Source: Octopus sinensis (Eukaryota). Taken from it: a DNA stretch of 64,000 nucleotides. The stretch is from contig NC_042999.1 in assembly GCF_006345805.1 (NCBI RefSeq), positions 71,548,001 to 71,612,000 of the forward strand. The letters run 5' to 3'. The notes beneath the pieces were generated by a model. The model had not been told where the DNA came from. It did not search any database and saw nothing but the letters and a program-made list of their open reading frames with translations. Made by a program: the position numbers and the translations under genes. Position 1 is the stretch's first letter. Each line of letters starts with the position of its first letter. Positions 13,633 to 26,635 of the stretch are shown piece after piece.

Positions 13633-13673
13633 TGAGTCAGTGATAACCTCTAGGCGCGCCATTTTACGCAGTC
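13633..13673 (+). promoter_or_regulatory. Candidate core promoter cluster (AP-1 TGAGTCA, YY1-type GCGCCATTTT, Inr-like GCAGTC)
   Basis: TGAGTCA at 13633-13639 and GCGCCATTTT at 13656-13665 lie in a locally CpG-richer non-repetitive patch. A donor ACA|GTAAGT follows at 13809/13810. Motif-based only. Confidence 0.3.
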
Positions 13674-14386
13674 AATTCCAATGTGTGTACTGAAACTTTG
13701 TGGCAATTGTTCGGTAAATAATTATAGATAAGACACAAGCTGATAAAATACACGATATGGTGGTGGACAAGCGTGTATTTTACCAAGAAAATTGTTACTA
13801 TTTTTAACAGTAAGTTCTCTATTTCCAATGCGATTGGAGAACATACGCAGAGATTACAGAGAAAATTCTAGATCTGCGTGCCGCTTTTCACCCGCATTGT
13901 ATTCAGTTGTAGTTTATAAATATAAACACCCATACATACTGATATAATATACCAATTCAAACTTACGTACATATAAGCATGCTGAAACATAAGCACGTGC
14001 ATGATTACGTACACAGACTCATATATAGACTCACACTCATATGCGTAGTGCAGGTATTTACGTCTCCTACGTTACCTTTATTTTACTTTAGCAATCATAG
14101 TTAACAATGTCTGGTAAAGGACGTCATTCTGTAGTACATATTCTAGGTCTTGTCTTGTATTATTTAAGATATCAAACGTTTGACTTTCTTCACTTTATAG
14201 AGAAGCCAACTTTAATTGGTTGTAGTCTTTTCCATATGGCAGGTATATAAGGCAGAAATACATCTAGACTTCTGAGGCATACTGGAGAAAATATTGCTAC
14301 AGTTCAAAATCCTTCTGGCACGAATAGGTGTAAATATGGACATATAAGTGCTAAAATGCTGTGTTACGTGTTTATGCTGAGAGTTA

Positions 14387-14537
14387 AAAACCACACACGT
14401 TTGTATTTTTATTGTATGCAAAACATGTGGAACAAGATTTTAGAATATTTTCTACATATATTACAATCATTTTCGCCAGTATTCCAAAGCGTACAAGTAT
14501 AATGTGCAGAAGTATTCTTACTAGCTAAGATCTATAT
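14387..14537 (-). repeat. Right arm of the inverted repeat pair (partner 12737-12880)
   Basis: See the left arm. Confidence 0.9.
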
Positions 14538-15548
14538 TGATAGGATACCAGTATTGTCAACAGTAGTTCAGTTTGCTAAAAACAAAGAATAGGAATGTCC
14601 TTGTCGCTGTCCGAAATATCAGAGTTAATTTCCCCGTACCCATCAGAGAGCTCTTGGCTGTTAGTGGAAAGCCTGTGTACATCTGTCGAAAAACACGTAC
14701 CTAATGACATAATTATTTACAACCATATCACTCAGATTTTTTAATTGTTCCTCTGTTAGAATGCTCTGTTGGTAACAGGCAACGTACAACTTTGTGACGT
14801 TGAACGGCTTGTAATTGTAATCCGGACAGTTGAAAATAGCATCCAGATCTTATTCAACCGCATAGATACTTATTTGTCTTAACCGATGTTAAGCATTTGT
14901 CTGGCTATGTCTGTCAACAGGAGGGTCTCAGAGCAGGACCTTTTTCTATGTACGCGTGTACGTTCGCGTATGTTTGAGTATGAGTGCGTTCTTGTTTGTC
15001 TGTTTGTGTGTATGTTAGTAAGTTGATTTTTTTTTCATTACATCTGATTTATTGTTACCAGTCTTGTGACAATGATAGCAAGTAGGAAACTGGGAATAAC
15101 GGTTAATTACATTATATTTTACTTGTTTATGCATAACAGAATCCTACACACCTACATACACATACAACCATGCATACACACACATACGTTCACAAAAATA
15201 CACAAACATATAATTAGACATACAGAGACGCACAGAAGTCCACAATCACACACATACAACCAAGCGTACACACACACGTTCACAAACACTCGTTCAAAAA
15301 CAAAAATGCGCGCACACATACACACAGTCATACACACTACATATATGCACATACATACATAAATATGAATAATTTGTAAATAAAATATGTTTAACCTCAC
15401 CGCACATAGATCTCTGTAATTAACAAGGTTAAACGATGGTTTATTGAACCTACACATATGAATTCATATATAAACATATTCACCAGCTAAATAATTTAAA
15501 CCATCATTTAATACATATATGTAAATATATATATGTATATATGTATGC

Positions 15549-15609
<61 letters not shown>

Positions 15610-16720
15610 TACACATATATATATATATATATATACACTCACACACCATATATATATATATATATATATATATGTCTATAAATATGCTTGTGTGTGTCTA
15701 TAAGTATGTATGCATATATGTTCATGCATACACAGGTACACACGAACAAGCATACACACACACAACTTCGCAAAATTTGGGTACTGGTTATGATCCCATA
15801 TTTGAACACCATAAAACTATTCATTTCATGCCCTCATATAATTAAGCATTGAAACTTTTGGAATATAATATGTGTGTGGATGTGTATGTTTGTATATATG
15901 CATGTGTGTGTGTCTGTGTAAAATGTGTGTTAGGAAGCATTTGTACAGTTATATATATATATATATATATAATAAATGAGGATATATTTATGTATAAATA
16001 ATAAATGTGTAAATATATATATGTGTGTGTTTATGTATGTATATATGTGTGTGTGTGTTTGTGTGTATTCATTTATATCTCTGTCTCTCATTTGTTCAAG
16101 CTCGTGTTTGCAGATATCGATTGGCTAACAAAATATGCCATCTTCAAAGGAGGGCTTTTAATTTAAACAGCAATATCTATAGATAATATGTATGTCAGTT
16201 CCACGTAGTTAGCATAATGCAACATTTACTTGTATCATGTGTATAAGGACGCTATGAAAAACAAGAAATATTGTCGCAGAAGTAGGAGAAAATATTTCAA
16301 AGGAAAAGGCTTATACAAAACCTGCCTATAAATAATAATTTGAAATATTTGATTTTCTGTATGAGTGATCGAATGTGTGTGATTTAAGAGGAACTAGTTC
16401 ACAGTGGTAATGGTGGCGTTCTAGCTCTGGCACAACCTTCGTCTGAAACAAGGAGGAATAAAGCAAACACGGCTTAACCACCATAAAAGAATAAACCATA
16501 AGGAATATTTTTTGCAGGTAATCTAAAGTGATATGCAAAGCAGGTTTTGTCTTTACTCATTAGCTTGAAATAAGAGAAATATTTGCAAAAGTCTGCGTTG
16601 ACAGAAACATTTGAGAAGGGCAAGCATGAAATGGTAGTTTCTGTCGTGTCCTGGTCAAGATTCTTAACTCTCTTACTGAATATAATTACTGATTAATAAT
16701 ATCAATGCATAAACCATACA

Positions 16721-16848
16721 GCAAGCTGGTAGAAACGTTAGCACATCATGCAAAATGCTAAGCGTAATTTCGTCTATCTTCACGTTCCGAGTTCAAATTC
16801 CGCCAAAGTCTACTTTGCATTGTATTCTTTCGAGGTCGATAAGATAAG
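16721..16848 (+). mobile_element. Older 5' fragment of the tRNA-derived SINE family
   Basis: GCAAGCTGGTAGAAACGTTAGCAC...GAGTTCAAATTCCGCC...GAGGTCGATAAGATAAG aligns with the head of the 7510 family. Another decayed copy lies at ~55480-55650. Confidence 0.75.
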
Positions 16849-17220
16849 CTCCTCCGGTATGTAATCGTCTAACACACTCCCCCAAACTTTGAAACCAATA
16901 TCAATATATAGACAAAATCTTGGACAAAAGGCAGAAGATTCATTGGCTTTCTGCTTTGATTTAAAATCCTACGTAGCATGTACCATTCAGAGATGAGTGA
17001 TGTGCTAATTTTTGTACAATATGAGTTATATTGACACAAAGCGTTCAGTCCTGCATTTATTTATGCTCATTGGCTTATAACATTTGAATATGTCAAAATT
17101 GCAGAGTAAATAAGGCATCTGGGTACTTGGTGGTTGAATCATGAGTCGACAACCACTTAATGGTTATAACTTAATGTTTATCAATTACTGAAATAGATAA
17201 CGCAAATTCTAAGACAGTCT

Positions 17221-17376
17221 AAGACCCACTTCGGTCACAACACAGACCATGTTATTGCACCTAGAAAGTTACCCTCCCAGACACAAGTCCAGGCAAGGTT
17301 GTTCATGGAAGACCAGCAGTCGCCCATGCATACAGGCCTCCCCTCTCCTCGCCACCAATGTTATCCAAGGGAAAGG
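17221..17376 (-). mobile_element. 3' tail fragment of the SINE family at 60024-60357
   Basis: TTGCACCTAGAAAGTT..CCCAGACACAAGTC..GGCAAGGTTGTT..TGGAAG.CCAGCAGTCGCCCATGCATAC matches 60060-60180. Confidence 0.85.
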
Positions 17377-18218
17377 AAAACTTTTAACTTTTGAAAATCA
17401 AAGAAATCTGTGAAACCGGTTGTCTTTAAAAATTGGAAAATAAAAAACATCAACGAATCCTAGTGTATTTTGAGATTTTTATATTATGTATATGAGTGTG
17501 TGTGCATGCTTGTGTGTGTGTTTGTGTGTGTGTGTTTGTGTGTCTGTGTGTTTATTGGTGTGTGGGCATGCTCTTCTTCTGACGTTGGACATTTCCATTC
17601 GACATTTTTAGTGGAATCAAAAATTTTCTGAAACTGACGATATAACATGGATGCTTGCAGTATTGAAGACCTACCCATGGGTCAGCTGTTGGTGTGAATT
17701 GGGATGACTTATTATGTTTAACCCCACAAAGCAAGAACTATCCTCCGATGAGTTTCCGTACATTTCCTGACTGCAGAATTCCATTCGCAAGCCTTTCTTC
17801 GATTGGAAGCAATAATCAGGTACTGATAAATTCATCGGATGGAAAACTGAAACAGTTTTAAATACATGCTTACCAGCTGAAGGGTGATTTAGAGCTTAGC
17901 AACACCAACAGCAACGGTTACTACAGTTATTTCCTTGTTTTCTATGTTCGTTTCTATATATATATGATTTTTTGTTCCCTTTCTTCTTATACTCGTGTAT
18001 ATAAACGAGCCTTTTGTCATATTGTGCAAATATTAGTGATAAATATAGACCAGAGACATAATTTTCATACATGCAGTCGTGTTATGCATCATAAAATAGG
18101 CGCCAGCGTTTCGTTATCTATTCAATGTTTTGTTTTAATGGCCAGCATAAGTATACTTATATAATTCACTCGACATAGCATTTCTATATGTATCTTATCG
18201 GTCCAATCAATCAATCAA

Positions 18219-18241
18219 TAATAATAATAATAATAATAATG

Positions 18242-18309
<68 letters not shown>

Positions 18310-18320
18310 TTAATAATAAC
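18219..18320. repeat. (TAA)n microsatellite
   Basis: Read directly. Confidence 0.95.
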
Positions 18321-19682
18321 GGTAACAAATTCCCAGTACCGTGGGTATAGAACATAGCAATGAATATATTCTTGTTGTAATTAATTCCTCATGGCGACCA
18401 TCAATATTGATTCTCTTAGAAGTTATCAATTTTCATTTCACTAAATATGCTGGAAATAATATTTTGATGACTCTCTAAAGGTACAAACAACAACGCAGAA
18501 AAATAGTACTGGAATCCACAAAGAAATACAATTGTTTTATTCGATTTCATTTCTTTCTCTGTTCAAATGTGCAAACCAGCATATCACTTTGGTTAGATTT
18601 ATGTTGTTTCTTTTCGTTAGATGAGCTAGACGCCAAAGTCAAAACTATATTCGTCTGAGTTGCTACTCGTACGTAGTGCCAAATTCTCTTTGCTAAATTG
18701 GCTTTCTCCTTGGATAAATATGATTCCATAGTTGCATGACAATGAAATATTTTCAAGTTATATAATGTCATAGTCACATTCAAAAGAGAACGGAAGCCGT
18801 CAGCAAGATCTAATTCCTGAAATAAAGGGAAAATTTATATTGCATTTTTTTTTGTTAAACGTTGATTCTAGCACCTAAATGTTCGATATCTTCCACAAAC
18901 AGACCGAATATACATCTGTTATTGTGTAGCATCACATGAGTCATGTTTCTCGTTTTCTAACAACAAACATGCTCCCTCCTTGATCATGTCTTCTTTTCGT
19001 CACTGACATTTATCCAATGTCTCCTCGTAGTAGACAGCAGTGGAAGATTTGTAACAGATTTGATTGCTGTTTCAAGTAGGTGTGTACACCTGCACGATAG
19101 AATTTCCTGGGGTAAACAGGTATATGGAATTTTATGGAACACAACCACGGGAAATTATGGAAAGGCAGAATTCTATGTGGTAAATAGTTATACGGAATTC
19201 CATAGAACGATATTTATGTCAGTTAAGTCATATATCACTGGATTTCATTACGTACCTCTCGAATATCAAAGTATATGAGCTCTGCTCTCTTGCAACCTAG
19301 TAAAACAGTATTGTTTCTGTGTATAGGGCTTCATACTGCGTAATATGCGGCAACTATTTTATAGCTAGATAAATAATGTTCATTTTACTAATAATGTTTG
19401 ATTTATAGAGTGAGACAACATTCACCTGTTGATATAATTGTTCGATTTTGATGCTTGATCTAAGGTAGAGCGCAAGTAGTCTAGTCTTGTCCTCCTGTCC
19501 TACAGATTCACTGCCGATTCAGTAATAATTTTCCCGCATTTTTAGTAGACATTACAGGCAAAAGTGAATTGTTCTTGGTTTCGAGTGCATCGCAATAGGC
19601 ATTCAAAGTGCTTTGTTAGGGCTTTATTCATTCAGTGATCGTTTTCCAAATGCATATTAAACCACTGTTTTCCAACTGAATA

Positions 19683-19786
<104 letters not shown>

Positions 19787-20082
19787 AGCAGAAAGGCCGC
19801 TCTCCGGGGGCGGTTTTCTGATAACCCCTAGATATTTTCACATTTGATTCCAATTTCTTGTAATTTTTATATTTTACGTCAAATTATTGCTTTGTTTAAT
19901 AGTGCTCTCTTGCTTAGTAAATATTGCATTCATTATTTTATCACAGTCATACTCTCTCCTTTCTAAACAAACATCACAGTAGTCCAACAACAGAAGGAGA
20001 GGCAGTTTCACAACTTTTACTTTCCCTTCAAAGCAACATTGAGATTTAAATTCAGCAGCCCATCTGTAGGCATTGCTGTGTA

Positions 20083-21347
20083 CAGGGCTTGAACAAAATA
20101 ATGAAAACAACATAAAATTTCAAACAAATTTATTTTAATATGGAGTAGGACCGCCTATCACAATAATTAATGCATGAGTTCAAAGAGGTATGGACTCGTA
20201 CAAAGATTGAATAGTTTCCAAGGGAATTTTTGTCCATTTTTCAGCTAAAATAGTCTTCATGTTTTTAGTGTTGATAGTGGAGCACATCAACTCCTTATTT
20301 ATTTTTCTAAAATGCACCATAACTGTGCAATAGTATTGAGATCTGGGGACTGCAGTGGCCCGATAAGATGTTCAACTTCACTAAATGTTCCTCGTGCCAT
20401 TCAGTAACAATTTAGCAGTGTGAATTGGTACATTATCATCCTGAAAGATTGCGGTTCCCTCCGGAAACAGTTCTGCAACCATAGGATGAATTTGGTCAGA
20501 TAAAATTCTTAAATAGTCTTGACTATTAATCTGCCATGAAGGAAAAACATCGGGCCGGCGGATTTCCAAGATATAGCCCCCAGATCATCACAGATCCTCC
20601 TCCATATTTAACAGCTAGAAGGAAGCAGTCTAGTTCAAATGCTTCTTTTGGCTGTCTCCAGACGTATACTCGGCCGGCGGTCGGAAATAAGGTAAAGAAT
20701 GACTCGTTCGAGAAAATAACATTCTTCCACCGCTCTAGGGACCAATTCTATAGGCTTTTACTCCACTCTAAACGCTTTGCAACGTTTATTTTTGAAAGTA
20801 GTGGTTTTCTGATCGCAGCCCTCCCGCGAAATCCGGCTTTGTACAGCTCCCGGTGAACAGTTTTTTGTGAAAACTGGGTTCTTGAGGCGGTCATTAAGCT
20901 CTGCAGTAATTTTAGTAGCGGTACGTTTGTGATCCTTTCTAACAATTCGCATAAGAGTCCGACGGTCCCTATCTGAAAGTTTTGGTTTTCTTCCAGAGTT
21001 TTGTTTCGACGAGAAGGTTTTTTTCCCTCTTTATCAAAGTCTGTCATTACTTTCGAGGCAGTAATTCTTGATATACCTTGTATTTCGGCTGTTTTCGTTA
21101 CGCTACCTCCTGCCATACGAGCACCAAAAATTCGTTATCTTTGAAAGTCCAATAGATCTGTCATTTTAATGAATTTTAATTACCTTTTTCTGCTGATATC
21201 TGAAAAGAAACAGCAACTTTAGCAAAACATATTAAGCAACACTAATAATAAAGCATAAGACAAAAATAAACTTTTGACAGTTTTATAGATATTTCAAAAT
21301 TGCGATACTATGATACTAGGTGTTTCCATTATTTTGTCCAACCCCTG
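20083..21347 (-). mobile_element. Full-length decayed Tc1-like DNA transposon
   Basis: 29-bp TIRs CAGGGCTTGAACAAAATAATGAAAACAAC and the reverse complement CAGGGGTTGGACAAAATAATGGAAACACC (25/29 identical). TA TSDs at 20081-82 and 21348-49. Internal transposase remnant present. Confidence 0.9.
20135..21164 (-). pseudogene. Tc1-family transposase pseudogene
   Basis: Frameshifted pieces: MTDLLDFQR*RIFGARMAG.SVT, RIVRKDHKRTATKITAELN, TVHRELYKAGFRGRAAIRKPLLSKINVAKRLEW, IFQDDNVPIH, ..SPQIS (SPDLN region), ending GGPTPY*. Confidence 0.85.
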
Positions 21348-21654
21348 TATGTATGAGAGGAATAGAGAACATTGCAAACAATGAATGAAGTAAACATGAA
21401 ATGAAAACATCGTATAAATAAAAGGGCATTACTACAGATGTATATACCCCCGACTTTGTTGCCACATAACATCCACTCACAAAGCTTAGGCTGACTCGAG
21501 GCTATAGTAGAAGACAATCACCCAATATTGACTGAACCCGAAACCATGTAGTTCGGAAGTAAGTATCTTGCCACACAACCACGCCAGCGCCCCACCCCCC
21601 ATATATATATATTTATGTATTTATGTATTTATGTATGTATTTATATATGTATAT

Positions 21655-21785
21655 TAGTGGTTTAGCAAAACAGCCCAATAGAACAAGTACCAGTCTTACA
21701 AAGAATAAGTCCTGGGGTTGATTTTTCCGACTAAAAGTTGGTGCTCCAGCTTGACAGCAGTCAAATGAGTCAAATAAGTAAAAGA

Positions 21786-21790
<5 letters not shown>
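21655..21790 (+). mobile_element. 3' half of a tRNA-derived SINE with a LINE-like tail
   Basis: AAGTACCAG...CTGGGGTTGAT...CGACT resembles the 7510-family core. It is followed by GGTGCTCCAGCTTGACAGCAG, similar to the LINE tail at 52603. Confidence 0.6.
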
Positions 21791-21873
<83 letters not shown>

Positions 21874-24308
21874 ATTTATAGATACATACATACATGTTTC
21901 TGTTTTGGAAAGACTAGACTATAAAAGGTTTCACATTTATATTAATAACTATAGAAGACTGGTAAGAATATTGTCTGCATTAACTTACAGGGCTATGTTG
22001 CTATTTAGTTAGATAATTTAGGAGTTAGTTATAGGTTTACTTATTGAATTTATTTACCGATATAGTTTTTGTACATAGGGTAAATATTATTTTTTCCAAT
22101 TTATTTATTAATGTTAGTGTTTAATCCTTCCTAGAATTGAGATTGAATGAATGTGGTGATATATTTGGTATGTTTGTTCCCAAACAACACTTATTTTAGT
22201 GCTGTTGACACCGCCAAATTGAACGGTACTACCCAGGTGTCAAGACCATAGTGATATCTGTGGGGCAGCTGATGATGGAGATATGTAGGATTGTTGGTAT
22301 GGCTGTTATTGTATGTGCGGAATAGATTTATAAGACATCTATTTGGTACATGTATACATTCATACATGCATACATGCATATATACATACATACATACATA
22401 CATACATGCATACATACATACATACATACATACATACATACATACATACATACATACATACATACATACAAAGATACATACATAAAACGACAGCCTTCAG
22501 GACATTAGTCAAGGACAAGGCATTGGGCAATCCAGCAACCCAATGCGGTGGTGCGAGTCGTATCTCTATTGACTTATATATCCATCCACAATAAAACTTT
22601 TTCAGCCTAAATGCCATGCCCCTATTTGCTACTGTTAAGAAACGTCTTCCTGCCAAGGTGTTTGCAACGGGCATTAATTGTCTCTAACGATAGCAGAAAC
22701 GAAACTGCGTCGCAACATAATAACGGTTACTTCATAGTTGTGAATGAGTAGATACTAATCGGAAACACCAAAGTTTCTTCACTTACAATGATAATACAAA
22801 TGTAACGAGGCTAATATATATTTCACTGATAGTATTGCGAATTCTAACAGAGACTCAGAGAAGTTCAACGAGAAAATTCTCACTGGTCTAATAATCTGAA
22901 TCGTCGGCGATGTTACTTCAGAATGTTTGCAATCAGTAATATAAACTATTACCATACTACATTCATTGCGACTATATAAATGCCATCAATATGCATTACA
23001 TCTCTTGACAGTGAGATTAATGGTTGCTATCAAATACATTATCTTCATAGATTATAGAAAATTTGGAGATTTCGAAACTTCAAGTTTAAACGTATTATCC
23101 CCAAGCAAGAATCATCTTAAGGATGGTGATTGATATTGCTTGTTTTGGTGCTATGCAAATGTGATATGGAAGCTACTTAATGAGTTTTTCCAAGATATAA
23201 TTGATGAGGAGCTCAAAGACAAACTTCGTCATATCTTGATTAATAACACTACGCTTGAGATTAGATCACATCAGAGAAGTTATACATAAAATTAATCCAT
23301 TTACATGAGATAATGAGTCATAGAATTAAGTCTTATCTCTCTTATATTTCCATATAAGTGTCTGACAAATATATTTTCTAGTAAAATAAATCTGTATTTT
23401 ATTTTGTGAACACTTCCGTATCCCAGAATCATTGTACTTATATCTAGAAGTGACGTAATGCACAATAGTCTTTCTCAGACTCTCACGATCGCAAGCTGTT
23501 GGATTAGATCTGCGCTTCAGGAACTAGTTGTCCGACAGTTTATCAAAGGCACATAGCAGTAATGTAAACCAATTTGTATAGTGCCATAGCTGCATCATAA
23601 TTTCTTTGGTTCCTCTTCTAACACATGATTACAAAAAAATCTTGATCAAGGAGACCAGAAGTATAATTATTGCATTAAAATGGTTGATGAACTATCGCTT
23701 TTAAACACCCTGCTACGAAATATAAAAGGATTAGCAATGATTTTCAATAATATGAAATTATGTAACAAATCTTTTCAAGTAGAAAGCCTCTCCATATTCC
23801 TTTTTTCTCCGGTTCTAAATCAATGACTTTCTATTAAAAATCTTAAGTAGCTATACGCTCGAATCATTAACAACAAAGAAATCATAGATTTAGAATTTAT
23901 TGGGTTGACAACGTAAACATTTACTCCAGTAACATTGATAAAGTCTACATACAAAGTTATTTAATAATAACGTATTCATCAGAACGGAATTTGATAACGA
24001 TGAAAACTGTATTTATCATAAGCCAAATAACAACCGCTCAGAAGACGCCATTATAAAAAATATGTCTAAATCTTGTATATGGATTATATATTAAGTATTG
24101 CGCCAGAGATAGGCAACACACAATGGCCAATATCAATTATGTGGCAAACAAGGTACTATACGGCAGTGTTAGGAAAATATTCATAATTTGAACCGCATAT
24201 AAATAAGTAAGAAAATATGCTCAAAGATCAAACTACAGAAAATTACTGTTACTCTGTAATACGAAGAAACGTAAGATTTTCTGCGTCGGTAAATAGTAAG
24301 GTAAATAA

Positions 24309-24556
24309 AACATTAATTCCTATCATAATAGGCACATTATGTATGATTTAAAAAAAAATCATTCAGACAAATGCATAACAAAAACTCCAGGACTAACAAG
24401 CATATATAACATACAGAAAATAGCACTACTAGGTACCGTACGCTTCAATACAGTGAAAATAAAAGCATCACAACAAACCGCACCACATACCCAAGGCACA
24501 CAGTGCTGCGTTCAGTAGTGCAGTGAAAGCACATGATAAAAATAAGACTACTGAAT
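24309..24556 (+). mobile_element. R4/Dong-like LINE 3' end (same subfamily as 26636-27862)
   Basis: IPII.G...KTPGLTSIYNIQKIALLGT and a 3' UTR CATCACAACAAA..CACATACCCAAGGCACACAG...ACTACTG, running into (TAA)n. Confidence 0.85.
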
Positions 24557-24606
24557 AATAATAATAATAACAATAATAATAATAACAACAACAACAACAA
24601 CAACAA

Positions 24607-25065
24607 CGAAACAGATCAGGTGCTACAGCATAACAGATCGGACCTGGTGGTAGTGGACGAGGTGCACCACGTGTGCTATGTAGTTGTTGTTGAATGTCCC
24701 TTTGACCCACGAATAGTCAAAAAGGAAGGCGAAAAGATACGTAAATACAACCCTCTTAAGTACGAAATATCCCGGCTAGTTAAAATAAAGAAGATGATAT
24801 AGTGCCAATTATTGCTGGGTCCTTGGCGACAGTATCAGAGGGCAGAACAGATATGGAAACAGTATCATCAAGGGGAATATAAAGGAAATTAGAATAGAGT
24901 GTCCAGTAGAACTGTTACAAAAGGTTTGCCTCCTTGGCACCACCAGAATAATTAGATAGCTGAAAAGAATAGATAGCATGGTACTGTAATCAACGAGTAC
25001 CAAGCCCGCTACGCACATAAGACTCCAGGAGTTCTAACAAAACATGTAATAAAGAGAAGAAATAA
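24607..25065 (+). mobile_element. R4/Dong-like LINE 3' end, second subfamily
   Basis: ETDQVLQHNRSDLVVVDEVHHVCYVVVVECPFDPRIVKKEGEKIRKYNPLKYEISRL...VPII.G.L...VELLQKVCLLGTTRII. Flanked by (TAA)/(CAA)n on the 5' side and (TAA)n on the 3' side. Confidence 0.85.
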
Positions 25066-25145
25066 TAATAATAGTAACAGCAGCTGCAACAACAACAACA
25101 ACAATAATAATTATTATTATCATTAATATTATGATTAATATTATT

Positions 25146-25641
25146 CAGTAGACTTATTCTTATAACGTACTTCACTTCACTACCAAGCGCAGCTCTGTGT
25201 GCTTTGTAGTTTGTTGTGATGCTCTTATAGATACTATATTGAAAGTCTTTTATGAAAGACGTGTGCGGTGCCTAGTAGCGCTATTTTCTGTATGTTATAT
25301 ATATTTGCTAGTCCTGTGTTTTGTTATGCATTTGTTTGAGTATTTTTTTATCATACCTAATGCGCCCACTATGATAGGAATTATTATTGTTTTTAGACTC
25401 CACATTCGAGTTACCTTTATTTCCAGGTCTTTGCATTTTGAAAGTTTCTCCATTTCTTTTAGAGAAACATTATCTGTTGGTATTGATACATCAATTAGAA
25501 AGCATTTTTTTCTTCATGATCTCTGACAAATATATCTGGCCTATTGGCCTTAATTTCTCTATCTGTATGTATTGATATATCCCAAAGTATTGTTGCTTTC
25601 TCATTTCCTGAGACCTTTTTTTAGTGTGTGCCTATACCACT
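25146..25641 (-). mobile_element. R4/Dong-like LINE 3' end, minus strand
   Basis: Reverse complement aligns with 27350-27862 (RPDI..DH..KCFLIDVSIP.DNVSLKEMEKLSKCKDLEI). The tail runs into (TTA)n on +. Confidence 0.9.
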
Positions 25642-25643
25642 CG

Positions 25644-25707
<64 letters not shown>

Positions 25708-25708
25708 T

Positions 25709-26075
25709 AACAGAATTCAGAGAGCGCAAACTTCCGTCAAGGCAACACTAACGTCCTCTCAACGATTAACCGGAGATGATTTTTAAAACGAGAATATCTG
25801 GAATAAACTCAGCTACTCTCACAAAAGAGAATACTAAAAATGAACCCGACTGCTCTCAAAACTTCAGTAGAAAAAAAAAACGGAAAAGTAATCCAGAATC
25901 CTTGTGCGGTACCTGATGGATCGTAATATCTAATCAGTTTGCGCCAGTCACGAAGCCAAACATCCCTGAAAGTTTCATCTGAATCCACCCAACGATTCTC
26001 AAGATATCTTGCACATGGACAAACAAACAAACACGGCTGAAAACAGCACCTCCGCCTTCGCTAAGACGGAGTTAA
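25709..26075 (-). mobile_element. Helentron-associated non-autonomous element (HINE/DINE-1-like)
   Basis: Minus strand begins AACTCCGTCTTAGCGAAGGCGGAGG (subterminal inverted repeat with inner hairpin), then (TGTT)n, then the conserved ..GATATCTTGAGAATCG..GGATTCAGATGAAACTT.. block. It ends CCTTGACGGAAGTTTGCGCTCTCTGAATTCTGTT (3' subTIR) and sits inside (TAA)n. Confidence 0.7.
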
Positions 26076-26084
26076 TAATAATGG

Positions 26085-26163
26085 TACTACTACTATTACT
26101 ACTACTACTACTACTACTACTTACTACTACTACTACTACTACTACAAATACTACTACTACTAC

Positions 26164-26248
<85 letters not shown>

Positions 26249-26290
26249 ACTGCTGCAACTACTACTACTACTGATGACGATGATGATAAT
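26085..26290. repeat. Compound (ACT)n-(GCT)n-(GAT)n trinucleotide array
   Basis: Read directly; explains ORF 26009-26329. Confidence 0.95.
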
Positions 26291-26359
26291 GAACACGAAC
26301 CTAGTAAAGTACTAGAAAATAAGAAATAATGAATATGAACCTAGTAAAGTTTAGTAGAG

Positions 26360-26490
26360 TTCAGTACAACTCCAGAAATAAGTGTTATTAGGGACAGCTC
26401 CGATACTTAGTAGGGTTCTTGGCTAAGGTTGCTTGCATCCCGATGTTAGGATATTTTTTCTTTCCCAGTAGTCTAATCTGTTGCGTGTAT
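26360..26490 (+). mobile_element. Very short R4/Dong-like 3' tip (third variant)
   Basis: VQLQK*VLLGTAPILSRVLG*, homologous to IQKIALLGTAHILRRTLS, followed by a short UTR. Confidence 0.55.
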
Positions 26491-26509
26491 ATTATTATTA
26501 TTATTATTA

Positions 26510-26542
<33 letters not shown>

Positions 26543-26599
26543 TTATTATTATTATTATTATTATTTATTATTATTATTATAATAATAATAATAATAATA

Positions 26600-26635
<36 letters not shown>

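Noticed and set aside
26419-26635. N-terminal part of the 448-aa ORF as a real protein start
   Set aside because: It is a LINE UTR tip plus (TTA)n/(TAA)n read-through fused in frame to a truncated LINE ORF.
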